From Bacillota bacterium (GTDB lineage Bacteria; Bacillota; Clostridia; Peptostreptococcales; Anaerovoracaceae), in assembly GCA_017941085.1 (NCBI GenBank), contig JAGAXF010000020.1, forward strand, positions 36,386 through 100,385: a stretch of DNA of 64,000 bases, given 5' to 3'. The notes beneath the pieces were generated by a model. It did no database searches. It was not told the origin of the DNA and saw only the letters and a list, made by a program, of their open reading frames with translations. Shown one piece after another: positions 29,034 through 39,189 of this stretch (positions are counted from its first letter, which is position 1; every line of letters starts with the position of its first letter). The position numbers were made by a program, and so were the translations under genes.

Positions 29034-29597
29034 TTATTTTAATTTAAGTCCGTCCTTAAAGGATTCGCCTACACGTTCTGATACTCTGTAATATCCATGG
29101 GTATAGGGATCAAAGGCAATGGCATTTACCAAGCTCATATCGATTTTGCCATCCACCATAACCTTTTCATCGGCGGTAATATTAACAACCTGACCGATAA
29201 CTCCAAGACCATATTCATTGTCCTGATATTCGATGAATTCACATTCGAGACAAATAGGGAATTCCTTAATTACAGGAGCATCCACAAATTCTGCCTTTTC
29301 AGCCGTGAGGCCGCTTTTGGCAAATTTGTCAGCAACATTGTTGCCGGATTCAACACCAAAGTAGTCAGCTTCCACCACATGGTCAGCGTCTGCAATGCTG
29401 ACTGTGAAAGCTCCTTTGGCTTTGATGTTTTTAACAGTCTTATGGGTTTCCGTCAGGTTTAGGGCGACTCTTCCTCTCTCTTGCATGGTGCCCCAGGCTG
29501 CATTCATAACGTTGACGCTGCCGTCTTCGTTGTAGGTTCCAATCATCAAAACCGGCATGGGGAAAATGCCTTCGGTTAGATTAAGTTTCACTCTCAT
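29034..29597 (-). CDS. Flavin reductase-like (flavoredoxin) protein
   Basis: PMPVLMIGTY..NVMNAAWG and APVIKEFPICLEC motifs. Confidence 0.88.
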   Translation of the reverse strand: MRVKLNLTEGIFPMPVLMIGTYNEDGSVNVMNAAWGTMQERGRVALNLTETHKTVKNIKAKGAFTVSIADADHVVEADYFGVESGNNVADKFAKSGLTAEKAEFVDAPVIKEFPICLECEFIEYQDNEYGLGVIGQVVNITADEKVMVDGKIDMSLVNAIAFDPYTHGYYRVSERVGESFKDGLKLK

Positions 29598-29631
29598 TTT
29601 TGGTCCTCCTTTTAGTTATGAAATAAAAAAG

Positions 29632-30075
29632 TTAATATCCTCTTAAATCGAAGACAGATAATACATTGTTGCTGGATCCCCAGGCGTAGACTATATAATA
29701 GTCGTGGGTTCCAGTATTAAGCATACTCAGGAATCGTGGGGGATCATTTTCAATAACTGTGATTTTGCTCTCCGGCTGCGCCTCCACAATGTATTCAAGG
29801 TGGTCTGTGGAGTACTGTTTATAATATCTCTTCAAGGTGGCCAGGTCCAACTTTGTTTTTATAAGGGCGGCTCCAAAATACTCCATACCTTCGGTGGCAG
29901 ATGTTAGGTCCCCTGATTTATATGAAGTTTCTACTATGTCGGTGTTCTTGGGTGTAGGGATATCTACTATGGAACGCACAATACCCTTGGCTATGTAGTC
30001 GTTAACAAAGGGACCTACCAACCAAGGAATCAAAAGCAGTAATATGATTATAAGTGTGATAATTCTTTTCTTCAT
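29632..30075 (-). CDS. Hypothetical membrane-anchored or exported protein
   Basis: 147-aa ORF with N-terminal hydrophobic helix; no family recognised. Confidence 0.6.
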   Translation of the reverse strand: MKKRIITLIIILLLLIPWLVGPFVNDYIAKGIVRSIVDIPTPKNTDIVETSYKSGDLTSATEGMEYFGAALIKTKLDLATLKRYYKQYSTDHLEYIVEAQPESKITVIENDPPRFLSMLNTGTHDYYIVYAWGSSNNVLSVFDLRGY

Positions 30076-30196
30076 ACAAAAGGATTTGATAGCAATACAA
30101 TTTACTCTTCAGTATACCAAATAAATGTGAGTTTATAAAGGGTTCGGGGGCTCTTTTTCTTGCACGACCTTGGATTTTGGGGGTATAATACAGCGT

Positions 30197-31582
30197 ATGA
30201 ATGTAAAGAAATTATTTGGTCCGGTGGACATGACGGAAGGCAGTCCCATTAAAAAGATAATGCTATTTGCCATTCCCATGATATTAGGTAATTTTGCTCA
30301 GCAAATGTATAATACTGCTGACTCTGTTATAGTGGGAAGATTCGTTGGGGACAATGCCTTGGCTGCTGTTGGAAGTGCCGGACCAATTCTAAACCTTATG
30401 TTGGTTCTTTTCATGGGAATTTCCACGGGAGCCAGCATAATGGTTTCTCAGTACTTTGGTGCCAGGCGAAGAGAAGAATTGTCCAGATCCATCTGCACCT
30501 GTATTACATTAACTGCCATAGCTTCTTTAATAATCATGGTGGTGGGAACCCTTTTAGCAAAGCCTCTTTTAAGGCTTATGGGAACTCCGGGAACCATTAT
30601 AGATTGGTGCACATCATATCTTACAATCCTCTTCCTGGGCTTTGCAGGCATGGGATACTACAATATTCTTGGAGGAGTTCTAAGAGGATTGGGAGATTCT
30701 GTTTCCGCCCTTATATATCTAATTGTAGCTACGGTTATTAACATAGGATTGGATTTACTCTTTGTAGCAAAGTTCGATATGGGAGTTGCTGGTGTTGCCT
30801 TGGCTACAGTAATAGCCCAGGTGATTTCTGCCATACTTACCATGCGAAAGCTTCTTTCAATGACGGACGTCTTTGAAATCAAAAAAGAGTATTTGATTCC
30901 GGAGATGAATTATTCAGCTAGACTTATAAAGCTGGGCATTCCCTCGGGAATAACCCAGGGAATTTTTTCTCTTTCCATTTTGGTGGTTCAGAGTTTAACC
31001 AATACCTTTGGTGAACAGTGCATTGCGGCCAACGTAATTGTTATGAGGGTGGATGGCTTTGTTATGCTCCCTGCATTTTCCTTTGGTATTGCCATGACCA
31101 CATATGCAGGCCAGAATATTGGAGCAGGGAAGGTGGATAGAATAATCACCGGAGCAAAGCAGGGGACGCTTTTCGCCATGAGCGTAAGCGCCACTCTGTC
31201 TCTACTAATAATTATTTTCGGTCGATACCTCATGGGAATCTTTACGGAGACCCAGGAGCTTATCGACATGAGCTATCACATTATGCTTATTTTGGTGGCA
31301 GGATATATTGCGGTGGAAGTTACCCAGTGTCTTTCCGGTCTTATGAGGGGAGCGGGAGATACGGTGACACCTATGTGGATATCCATATTTACCAGTGTAA
31401 TCTTTAGAATTCCTGCAGCCTATATTTTGGTCAATCTGTCCAAAAGCCCTGAACTTCCCCAGGGTGATTTCTACATGATGTCCACATCCCTTCTTTTGAC
31501 TTGGCTTTTAGGTGCTGTGGTTACCTTAATTGCTTTTAGAAGAGGAAAGTGGAAAAACAAGGCTATCGTCGGAAAAGAATAA
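30197..31582 (+). CDS. MATE family efflux transporter
   Basis: DMTEGSP, QQMYNTADSVIVGRFVG and LRGLGDS motifs. ATG 30197 preferred over TTG 30170. Confidence 0.92.
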   Translation: MNVKKLFGPVDMTEGSPIKKIMLFAIPMILGNFAQQMYNTADSVIVGRFVGDNALAAVGSAGPILNLMLVLFMGISTGASIMVSQYFGARRREELSRSICTCITLTAIASLIIMVVGTLLAKPLLRLMGTPGTIIDWCTSYLTILFLGFAGMGYYNILGGVLRGLGDSVSALIYLIVATVINIGLDLLFVAKFDMGVAGVALATVIAQVISAILTMRKLLSMTDVFEIKKEYLIPEMNYSARLIKLGIPSGITQGIFSLSILVVQSLTNTFGEQCIAANVIVMRVDGFVMLPAFSFGIAMTTYAGQNIGAGKVDRIITGAKQGTLFAMSVSATLSLLIIIFGRYLMGIFTETQELIDMSYHIMLILVAGYIAVEVTQCLSGLMRGAGDTVTPMWISIFTSVIFRIPAAYILVNLSKSPELPQGDFYMMSTSLLLTWLLGAVVTLIAFRRGKWKNKAIVGKE

Positions 31583-31597
31583 AACCTACGGAGGATT

Positions 31598-32161
31598 ATG
31601 CTAAAGGAACTGGCTGAAATCTACATATCCAGTGCTAAGGTGGGCGCTCTTACCTTTGGTGGAGGCTACGCCATGCTTCCGATACTCCAAAGAGAAATAG
31701 TTGAGAACAAGAAGTGGAATAAGGAAGAAGAAATTCTGGATTTTTACGCATTGGCCCAGTGTCTTCCGGGGATTATAATGGCCAATACTCTAGCCTTTAT
31801 AGGACATCAAAGAAAGGGAAAGCTGGGTGGCTTGGCCGCAGCTATTGGAGCAATTACTCCCTCTTTGATAATCATCATTATTATCGCCAGCCTTCTTACA
31901 AGATTTGCCCATGTTGCCCTAGTTCAAAATGCCTTTGCCGGGGTGAGGGTATGTGTGACAGTTCTTATTTTCAATTCCATTTTAAAGCTTTGGAAGAATT
32001 CCATTATAGATAAAATTACCCTGGTTATTTTTATGGTGGTGGCCTTTGGGTCTCTGCTATTTGATGTGTCGCCGGTTTTGTTTGTGATTCTGGCAGGGAT
32101 AACGGGAATTATTGTAACTCTCATGGGAGTCACAGACTCAGGGAAGGGAGGTAGTAAATGA
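31598..32161 (+). CDS. chrA: Short-chain chromate transporter subunit
   Basis: KVGALTFGGGYAMLP and AQCLPG motifs. Confidence 0.9.
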   Translation: MLKELAEIYISSAKVGALTFGGGYAMLPILQREIVENKKWNKEEEILDFYALAQCLPGIIMANTLAFIGHQRKGKLGGLAAAIGAITPSLIIIIIIASLLTRFAHVALVQNAFAGVRVCVTVLIFNSILKLWKNSIIDKITLVIFMVVAFGSLLFDVSPVLFVILAGITGIIVTLMGVTDSGKGGSK

Positions 32162-32742
32162 TCTACCTTCAGCTATTCTTTGAGTTTCTAAAAATTGGAA
32201 TGTTTTCAGTAGGAGGTGGAATGGCAACCCTTCCCTTCCTCTATGATTTATCGGATAAAACCGGTTGGTTCACCCACGCTCAGATTGCCGACATGTTGGC
32301 CGTTTCTGAATCTACTCCCGGTCCAATGGGAATCAATATGGCCACATATGTGGGTTATACCGTGGCGGGAATCCCCGGATCCATTTTGGCTTCCGTTGGT
32401 TTAATCCTTCCCGGTGTGATTTTGGTGCTGCTGATTATGGCGGTGCTGGAAAAGTTTAGAAACAACAAGTATGTGGAGGGGGCCTTCTATGGTCTTAGAC
32501 CTGCCTCTGTGGGACTTATTGCAGCAGCAGGAATTCTGGTGGCCAGAATCGCCTTCCTATCGTCGGATAGTCCGGTGACAGTCTCTGAGTTCCTTAATGG
32601 AATAAGCATAAAGGCGGTTATCCTTGCGGTCATTCTTCTAATCTTAACAAGGGGAGTTAAGGCTACGAAGAATCTTCATCCCGTTGTTTTCATCGGATTT
32701 TCCGCCTTGGTGGGCATTGTATTTTCCTTTGCCGGTGTCTAA
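32158..32742 (+). CDS. chrA: Short-chain chromate transporter subunit
   Basis: KIGMFSVGGG and SESTPGPMGINMAT motifs; paired with the upstream gene. Confidence 0.9.
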   Translation: MIYLQLFFEFLKIGMFSVGGGMATLPFLYDLSDKTGWFTHAQIADMLAVSESTPGPMGINMATYVGYTVAGIPGSILASVGLILPGVILVLLIMAVLEKFRNNKYVEGAFYGLRPASVGLIAAAGILVARIAFLSSDSPVTVSEFLNGISIKAVILAVILLILTRGVKATKNLHPVVFIGFSALVGIVFSFAGV

Positions 32743-32804
32743 TTTTATGATTCTAATAAACTAATGCCTCATTAAACAAGACCTATCTGTGGTATAATAT
32801 TCCC

Positions 32805-35800
32805 ATGGCATTTACACATTTACATTTACATACTGAATACAGCCTTTTGGATGGAGCATCCAGGATAAAAAAGGTGGTGCCTCGAGCAAAGGAATTGGGC
32901 ATGAACTCCTTGGCTATTACGGATCACGGCAATATGTTTGGCGTGATCGATTTCTATAAGGAGTGTCAAAAGCATGGAATTAAGCCCATTATCGGTTGCG
33001 AGGTATATATGGCTGCCAGATCTTTGGAGGACAAAGACGGAGAACTGGATCGTCATCAGAACCACCTGATTTTGCTTGCGGAAAACAACCAGGGCTATAG
33101 TAATTTAATAAAAATCGTATCCACCGGATATATAAAGGGCATGTACTACAAGCCCAGGGTGGACAAATCCATTCTTAGAAAATACAGTGGCGGAATCATT
33201 GCCACTTCTGCTTGTCTTGCGGGAAAAGTCCAGAGTCATTTAATCAATAGAGACTATGAAGGAGCAAAGAAAGAGGCTCTGGAATTGGACGAGATTTTTG
33301 GTCATGGCAATTTCTTCTTGGAAATACAGGACCAGGGTCTGGAGGAAGAGGCTGCCATCAACCCGGATATAATAAGACTCTCCAGAGAACTGGATATTCC
33401 TCTGGTAGCAACCAACGATGTCCACTACATCAATCGGGAAGATGCTGAAATGCATGACGTACTTCTTGCCATTCAGACGGCCACCACCTTGGATGATGAA
33501 AAGAGAATGAGATTCAAAAATGATCAGTTCTATTTAAAGTCCGAGGATGAAATGAGAGAAATCTTCTCTCATATTCCTGAAGCTTGTAACAATACCCAGA
33601 AAATTGCAGACCGCTGCAATGTAACCTTTACCTTTGGTGAATATCATTTGCCTGAATATACTCCTCCGGAGGGATTTACCAACCAGGAGTATCTTAGGTA
33701 CCTATGTGACAAAGGCTTAAGGGAAAGATATGAGGTTATTACCCCTGAACTAGAGGAAAGAATGGAATTTGAAATAAAGACCATAGAGAACATGGGCTTT
33801 GTTGAGTATTTCCTTATTGTTTGGGACTTTATTAATTATGCAAAGGAAAATGAAATAGTAGTGGGCCCGGGAAGAGGCTCTGCCGCAGGAAGTATAGTTT
33901 CATATTCTCTGGGCATCACCAATATCGATCCCATAAGATATAACCTGCTCTTCGAAAGATTTTTAAATCCCGAGAGAATCAGCATGCCGGATATAGATAT
34001 TGACTTCTGCATTGAAAGAAGAGGCGAAGTCATAGACTATGTTAAAGACAAATATGGTCATGAAAATGTATCCCAGATAATTACCTTTGGTACCCTTAAG
34101 GCGAAGCAGGCCATTAGAGACGTGGGCCGTGCCTATGGAGTAAGCTATGGAGACTGCGACAAAATTGCCAAGGCGGTACCCAGAGATCCTAAAATCAGTC
34201 TTAAAGAAGCTTTAAATGTTAGCCCCGAACTGGCGGAAATGTATAAAAACGACGAGACTGTTAAGAAGATAATCGATATGGCAATTAAGGTTGAGGGAGT
34301 TCCCAGAAATACCTCCACCCATGCTGCAGGAGTGGTTATCTCCAAGTTGCCATTGGACGAATATGTACCCCTGTACAACGGAGATAAAGGGGTTGCAACC
34401 CAGTTTAATATGACAACTATTGAGGAACTGGGGCTTCTAAAAATGGACTTCCTGGGTCTTAGAAATCTAACGGTAATAAGAGACGCCCTGGAACTAATAG
34501 AGAAAAACCACGGTGTAAAAATAGACTTTAGCAAAATGGGCTTTGAGGATCCAAAGGTTTATGAAATGATAGCCGAAGGGGATACCATGGGAGTATTCCA
34601 GCTGGAAAGCGGCGGCATGACCAGCTTTATGAAGAACCTTAAGCCCAGCGGATTTGAGGATGTGGTTGCTGGTATCGCTCTATACCGTCCCGGCCCCATG
34701 CAGTCTATACCAAAGTATATTGCAAATAAAAAGGATCCATCAAAGATACAATACGCCACCCCAAAATTGGCGCCAATATTGGACGTTACCTATGGCTGTC
34801 TCATTTATCAGGAACAGGTAATGCAAATAGTAAGAGACCTGGCAGGATACAGCTATGGTCGTTCCGACCTTGTTCGTCGTGCCATGAGCAAGAAGAAGGC
34901 AGATGTGATGCAGGAAGAGCGTCGCTGGTTTATCCATGGTAAGGATGACGAAAATGGGAATGTAGAAATTTTAGGATGCCTTAGAAACGGCATATCTGAA
35001 GAGGCTGCCAACGACATCTTTGATCAGATGGAAAGCTTTGCTGAGTATGCCTTTAACAAGAGCCATGCTGCAGCATATGCTATTGTGGCCTTTGAAACAG
35101 GTTATTTAAAGAAATATTATCCCCTGGAATTTATGGCGGCTCTCATGACCAGCGTAATAGGTAAGTCCGATGAGGTTTCGAAATACATTAACTACTGCAG
35201 GCAAAGAGGAATAGAGGTGCTTCCGCCGTCTATAATCAAAAGCGAAAAGAAGTTCACCGTTGAAGGTGATAAGATTCGCTTTGGCCTTTTGGCCTTAAAG
35301 GGAGTAGGAGAAGGAGCCATTGATTCTGTTATTAAAAGCAGAGAGCTAACGGGACCTCCCGGAGATATTTTCTCCTTTGTGGAAGGTATAGATGTAACTC
35401 AGGTAAATAAAAAGGCCATGGATAGCTTTATTCGTTCAGGGGCCTTGGATTGTCTCAATCCTAACAGAGCTGCACACCTTGCAGTGTATGAATCCCTTCT
35501 GGAAAGCGCCCAGAAAAACAATCGAAAGAATGTGGAGGGACAGTTATCTTTGTTCCAGCTGGCTGAGGATACAATGAATACGGGAGATGTTAGCCTAAGG
35601 CTTCCGGATATAGAGAACTTTAACAATGATCAACTGTTGGCTCTGGAAAAAGAGGTGACAGGAGTATATATAACGGGACATCCTCTTAAGAATTATGTAG
35701 AGAGGATTGAGTCCATTGCAACCTTGGAACTGGGGGCACTAAATCTAACTGCCCCGGAGGAGGACTCCGATGAAGGTATGGTAGAGGAAGAGGGCCCCAT

Positions 35801-36434
35801 TGCCATTGACGGAAGCGTGCTGATGGACGAGGACAAGGTTACAGTGGTTGGAATGATTGTGGGCCGCAGAAGACTGATAACCAAGAGCAACAAAATGATG
35901 GAATTCATCCAGTTGGAGGATATGACGGGAACCGGAGAAATTATTCTGTTCCCCAACACCTATGAAAAATACAATTCCGAACTGGATGAGGACAGAGTTC
36001 TGGTGGTTTCCGGAAGGCTGAATTTCAAAGAAGGGGAACAACCCAAAATCATAGCCGATGCAGTAGTGGATATTGATAGATTTGTTCCGGAGGAAAAGGC
36101 AGCATCAAATGGATATTCAGCCGCAGGAAAAACAAATCCTCCCGAGAAGAAAACCATGGTATCCGTTGATGCGGTAAAGATAAGAATCCCACAGGAGGGT
36201 GAAAACATTGGCCAGGCCTCCAGCCTTAGTGAGGATGAGGTTCTGGAAAGAATAAAGAAACTAATGACCAGATACCCGGGAAGGGAACAGGTTCTCATCT
36301 ATAAAAGAGATGGAAAGATAATCGGTGCCGGAGGCCCCTCCGGCGGTGGAGTTAGACCCACTTTGGACTTTGCTGAAGAAATGGCTTTGTTGGTGGGGAA
36401 TGCCAATATAAAAATCAAAAGCATAGCCAGATAA
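32805..36434 (+). CDS. dnaE: DNA polymerase III alpha subunit
   Basis: PHP HLHLHTEYSLLDG, GPGRGSAAGS, SMPDIDID, KMDFLGL and FNKSH motifs; OB-fold. Confidence 0.98.
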   Translation: MAFTHLHLHTEYSLLDGASRIKKVVPRAKELGMNSLAITDHGNMFGVIDFYKECQKHGIKPIIGCEVYMAARSLEDKDGELDRHQNHLILLAENNQGYSNLIKIVSTGYIKGMYYKPRVDKSILRKYSGGIIATSACLAGKVQSHLINRDYEGAKKEALELDEIFGHGNFFLEIQDQGLEEEAAINPDIIRLSRELDIPLVATNDVHYINREDAEMHDVLLAIQTATTLDDEKRMRFKNDQFYLKSEDEMREIFSHIPEACNNTQKIADRCNVTFTFGEYHLPEYTPPEGFTNQEYLRYLCDKGLRERYEVITPELEERMEFEIKTIENMGFVEYFLIVWDFINYAKENEIVVGPGRGSAAGSIVSYSLGITNIDPIRYNLLFERFLNPERISMPDIDIDFCIERRGEVIDYVKDKYGHENVSQIITFGTLKAKQAIRDVGRAYGVSYGDCDKIAKAVPRDPKISLKEALNVSPELAEMYKNDETVKKIIDMAIKVEGVPRNTSTHAAGVVISKLPLDEYVPLYNGDKGVATQFNMTTIEELGLLKMDFLGLRNLTVIRDALELIEKNHGVKIDFSKMGFEDPKVYEMIAEGDTMGVFQLESGGMTSFMKNLKPSGFEDVVAGIALYRPGPMQSIPKYIANKKDPSKIQYATPKLAPILDVTYGCLIYQEQVMQIVRDLAGYSYGRSDLVRRAMSKKKADVMQEERRWFIHGKDDENGNVEILGCLRNGISEEAANDIFDQMESFAEYAFNKSHAAAYAIVAFETGYLKKYYPLEFMAALMTSVIGKSDEVSKYINYCRQRGIEVLPPSIIKSEKKFTVEGDKIRFGLLALKGVGEGAIDSVIKSRELTGPPGDIFSFVEGIDVTQVNKKAMDSFIRSGALDCLNPNRAAHLAVYESLLESAQKNNRKNVEGQLSLFQLAEDTMNTGDVSLRLPDIENFNNDQLLALEKEVTGVYITGHPLKNYVERIESIATLELGALNLTAPEEDSDEGMVEEEGPIAIDGSVLMDEDKVTVVGMIVGRRRLITKSNKMMEFIQLEDMTGTGEIILFPNTYEKYNSELDEDRVLVVSGRLNFKEGEQPKIIADAVVDIDRFVPEEKAASNGYSAAGKTNPPEKKTMVSVDAVKIRIPQEGENIGQASSLSEDEVLERIKKLMTRYPGREQVLIYKRDGKIIGAGGPSGGGVRPTLDFAEEMALLVGNANIKIKSIAR

Positions 36435-36449
36435 AACCGGAGGATTGAA

Positions 36450-37490
36450 ATGAGAGATGTAATACTGGGAACTACAGGAATAAAGGTTCCGCAAAATGGA
36501 TTTGGAGCACTTCCTATTCAAAGAGCAACAGATGAAGAGGCCACAAGAATTTTACGACGGGCCTATGAAGGTGGCATGAGGTATTTCGATACTGCCAGGG
36601 CATATACCGACAGTGAAAGAAAAATAGGAAATTCCTTTGATCTTTCCCATGAAGACTTTAGAAGCAAAATTATAATAGCTACCAAAACCATGGGAAGGAC
36701 TCCGGAAAAGTTTTGGGAGGATTTGGAGACTTCCCTTCAGGAACTTAAAACCGACTATATCGATGTATATCAGTTTCACATGGTTAGTGAATGCTATAGG
36801 CCGGGAGATGGCTCCGGAATGTATGAAGCCATGGAGGAGGCCAAGGCCCAGGGAAAAATAAGACACATAGCCATAACCACCCACAAACTACCGGTGGCTA
36901 TGGAGATAGCAGAATCCGGTCTTTATGAGGTGCTGCAGTTTCCCTTTAGCTATCTTTCTTCGGATAAGGATATAGAACTGGTTCATACATGCAAGAAAAA
37001 CAACGTGGGATTTGTGGCCATGAAGAGTTTGGCAGGGGGACTGATTAATAAGTCCAATGTTGCCATGGCTTTTCTTCAGGACTTTGATAATGTGATTCCA
37101 ATTTGGGGCATTCAGAGAATGAGTGAGCTGGAGGAATGGCTTTCCTTTATGAGTGAAACGCCTCTTCTCACTGAGGAAATCAGATCTTTTATTTCCAAAG
37201 AAAAAGAGGAGCTGGCAGGAGAGTTTTGCCGCGGCTGCGGTTACTGTATGCCCTGCCCCATGGGTATTCAGATTAATAACTGTGCCAGAATGTCCCTTAT
37301 GCTAAGAAGGGCTCCCTCCCAAGGCTGGTTAAGTCCTGCCATGCAGGAGGAGATGCGTAAGATTGAGGATTGTGTTAACTGTCGTCAGTGCACAACCAAA
37401 TGCCCTTATGAACTGGACACCCCTGAGCTTCTTAGAAAAAACTATGAGGATTATAAGAAGGTGCTGTCAGGAGAAGTATCGGTTCAGTGA
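36450..37490 (+). CDS. Aldo/keto reductase with C-terminal 4Fe-4S dicluster domain
   Basis: GFGALPIQ, YFDTARAY, CRGCGYCMPCP and CVNCRQCTTKCP motifs. Confidence 0.88.
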   Translation: MRDVILGTTGIKVPQNGFGALPIQRATDEEATRILRRAYEGGMRYFDTARAYTDSERKIGNSFDLSHEDFRSKIIIATKTMGRTPEKFWEDLETSLQELKTDYIDVYQFHMVSECYRPGDGSGMYEAMEEAKAQGKIRHIAITTHKLPVAMEIAESGLYEVLQFPFSYLSSDKDIELVHTCKKNNVGFVAMKSLAGGLINKSNVAMAFLQDFDNVIPIWGIQRMSELEEWLSFMSETPLLTEEIRSFISKEKEELAGEFCRGCGYCMPCPMGIQINNCARMSLMLRRAPSQGWLSPAMQEEMRKIEDCVNCRQCTTKCPYELDTPELLRKNYEDYKKVLSGEVSVQ

Positions 37491-37883
37491 TTATTTATTT
37501 CCTTTGGAGTTTGTCTTCTCCAGGAATTTTTCGTTGTCTATAATAAAGCGTTGGTGGGTTCCTTCACCGATGGGGCCCACCTGATCAAAGGCTTGTACCT
37601 TAAATACCAGCCTTTTTCCATCCACTTCCACAAGCTGGGATTCACACCACACCTTCATCCCTACGGGTGTTGCTGCGGTGTGTTTTATTTCCAGAGATAT
37701 TCCTACGGTTCCTTGACCTTCCTCCAGGAACTGACCTATGGATGTATGACAAGTTTCTTCCATAAGTGCAATCATATAGGGGGTGCCATAAACCTCCAAA
37801 AGGCCGCTTCCTACAGCTGCAGCTGTTAGTTCCTTGGTTACTATGTATTCCTTTCTGCCTTTGATTCCCTTTGTTATTTCCAT
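37491..37883 (-). CDS. Hotdog-fold thioesterase (fluoroacetyl-CoA thioesterase-like)
   Basis: GSG..EVYGTP.MIALME, TVG and HTAATPVG motifs. SD GGAG before ATG 37883. Confidence 0.85.
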   Translation of the reverse strand: MEITKGIKGRKEYIVTKELTAAAVGSGLLEVYGTPYMIALMEETCHTSIGQFLEEGQGTVGISLEIKHTAATPVGMKVWCESQLVEVDGKRLVFKVQAFDQVGPIGEGTHQRFIIDNEKFLEKTNSKGNK

Positions 37884-37983
37884 TGTATTCTCCCGGTTTA
37901 TTACAATTACTGTGGTTTTAACGAATTTCACTTGGCTTAAAATTATTTAATTGGACCTTGTCTATGGATGCTTAGATATAAAG

Positions 37984-39087
37984 CTAATCGCTTATATCGG
38001 AATCCAAGGTTATGCGAATGTTGTTATGGGGGTACAATTGTTGCACCTCCTTCATAACCTCTTCATATACCTTGGCTCTGTCAGAGGCAAAGTCCACTAC
38101 TATATCAAAATTAATGTTTCCAGAACCTTGGTCAAAATAGAAGCCGTGCATCTGAAGTACCTCCGGATGGCTCATTACCTTGTTGGTAATATTGGATCTT
38201 ATTTCAGAGGCTTGGTCGTTCTTGGTGTTCCTGGAATAAATACTTACTGCAGTAAGTATTACGTTGCATTCTGTATATACCTTCTGCTGGATGGCCCTGG
38301 TTAACTCGTCGATTTTATCTGCTGTATATGTATCGGGAACTTCTATATGAACGGAACCCATTAAAGTATCCGGGCCATAGCTATGCAGTATTAAATCATA
38401 GGCTCCGCTAACGTCGGGAAAAGAAGAAACTATCTCCTTTATATTTTTTGAAAGATCCGAATCTACTCTCTCTCCAATGATTTGAGATAGGGTTTCCCTT
38501 AGCATGTCATAGCCGGCTTTGATGATAACGAAGGATATAATGGCGCCTAACCAGGCCTCAAGACTAAAGCCTGTTTTAATGTAGATAAAGGCGGCCACCA
38601 AGGTAGATGCGGAAATAACTGCGTCCAATGTGGCGTCGGACCCGGATGCAATAAGTGATCCGGAATTGACCTTTTGGCCCACGGACTTAACGTATCTGCC
38701 CAGAAGTATTTTAACTATTACTGCGGCAGCCACAATGATTAAAGCTACTGTTGAGTAGTCCGGAGTATCCGGTGAAATGATTTTTTTGATGGATTCTATT
38801 AGGGATGTTATTCCGGCGTATAGAACCAGTACCGCAATTATCATGGCAGTTAAGTATTCCACTCGGCCATGACCAAGGGGATGTTTTTTGTCAGGAGCCT
38901 TTCCCGCCAGCTTTGTTCCTACAATGGTAATTACAGAGGAAAGGGCATCGCTTAGATTATTTACTGCGTCCAAAACTATTGCAATGGAATGGCTAAGGAG
39001 ACCGATGGTGGCCTTAAAGCCGGCCAAGAAGATATTGGCTATAATTCCTATTATGCTTGTTCTTACGATTATTCTTTCTCTTTCCAT
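37984..39087 (-). CDS. Cation diffusion facilitator (CDF) transporter
   Basis: DAVNNLSD, HPLGHGRVEY and HSYGP motifs. Confidence 0.9.
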   Translation of the reverse strand: MERERIIVRTSIIGIIANIFLAGFKATIGLLSHSIAIVLDAVNNLSDALSSVITIVGTKLAGKAPDKKHPLGHGRVEYLTAMIIAVLVLYAGITSLIESIKKIISPDTPDYSTVALIIVAAAVIVKILLGRYVKSVGQKVNSGSLIASGSDATLDAVISASTLVAAFIYIKTGFSLEAWLGAIISFVIIKAGYDMLRETLSQIIGERVDSDLSKNIKEIVSSFPDVSGAYDLILHSYGPDTLMGSVHIEVPDTYTADKIDELTRAIQQKVYTECNVILTAVSIYSRNTKNDQASEIRSNITNKVMSHPEVLQMHGFYFDQGSGNINFDIVVDFASDRAKVYEEVMKEVQQLYPHNNIRITLDSDISD

Positions 39088-39189
39088 TTATAAAACCGCC
39101 TCCCCTAGGGTTTTTAATATGAGTATTCTATCACAAATCGTAAGAATATCTAAAGAATTATATATGCAAACGTATATTATAATTTAGGC

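Noticed and set aside
27999-30170. Prophage or integrative element at tRNA-Ala
   Set aside because: No integrase and no duplicated tRNA 3' end seen downstream; only a small hairpin element was kept as a finding.
32805-36434. Intein or extra domain in the 1209-aa DnaE
   Set aside because: No intein C/S...HN splice motifs seen. The extra length is explained by short acidic and low-complexity linkers near the OB-fold and C-terminus.
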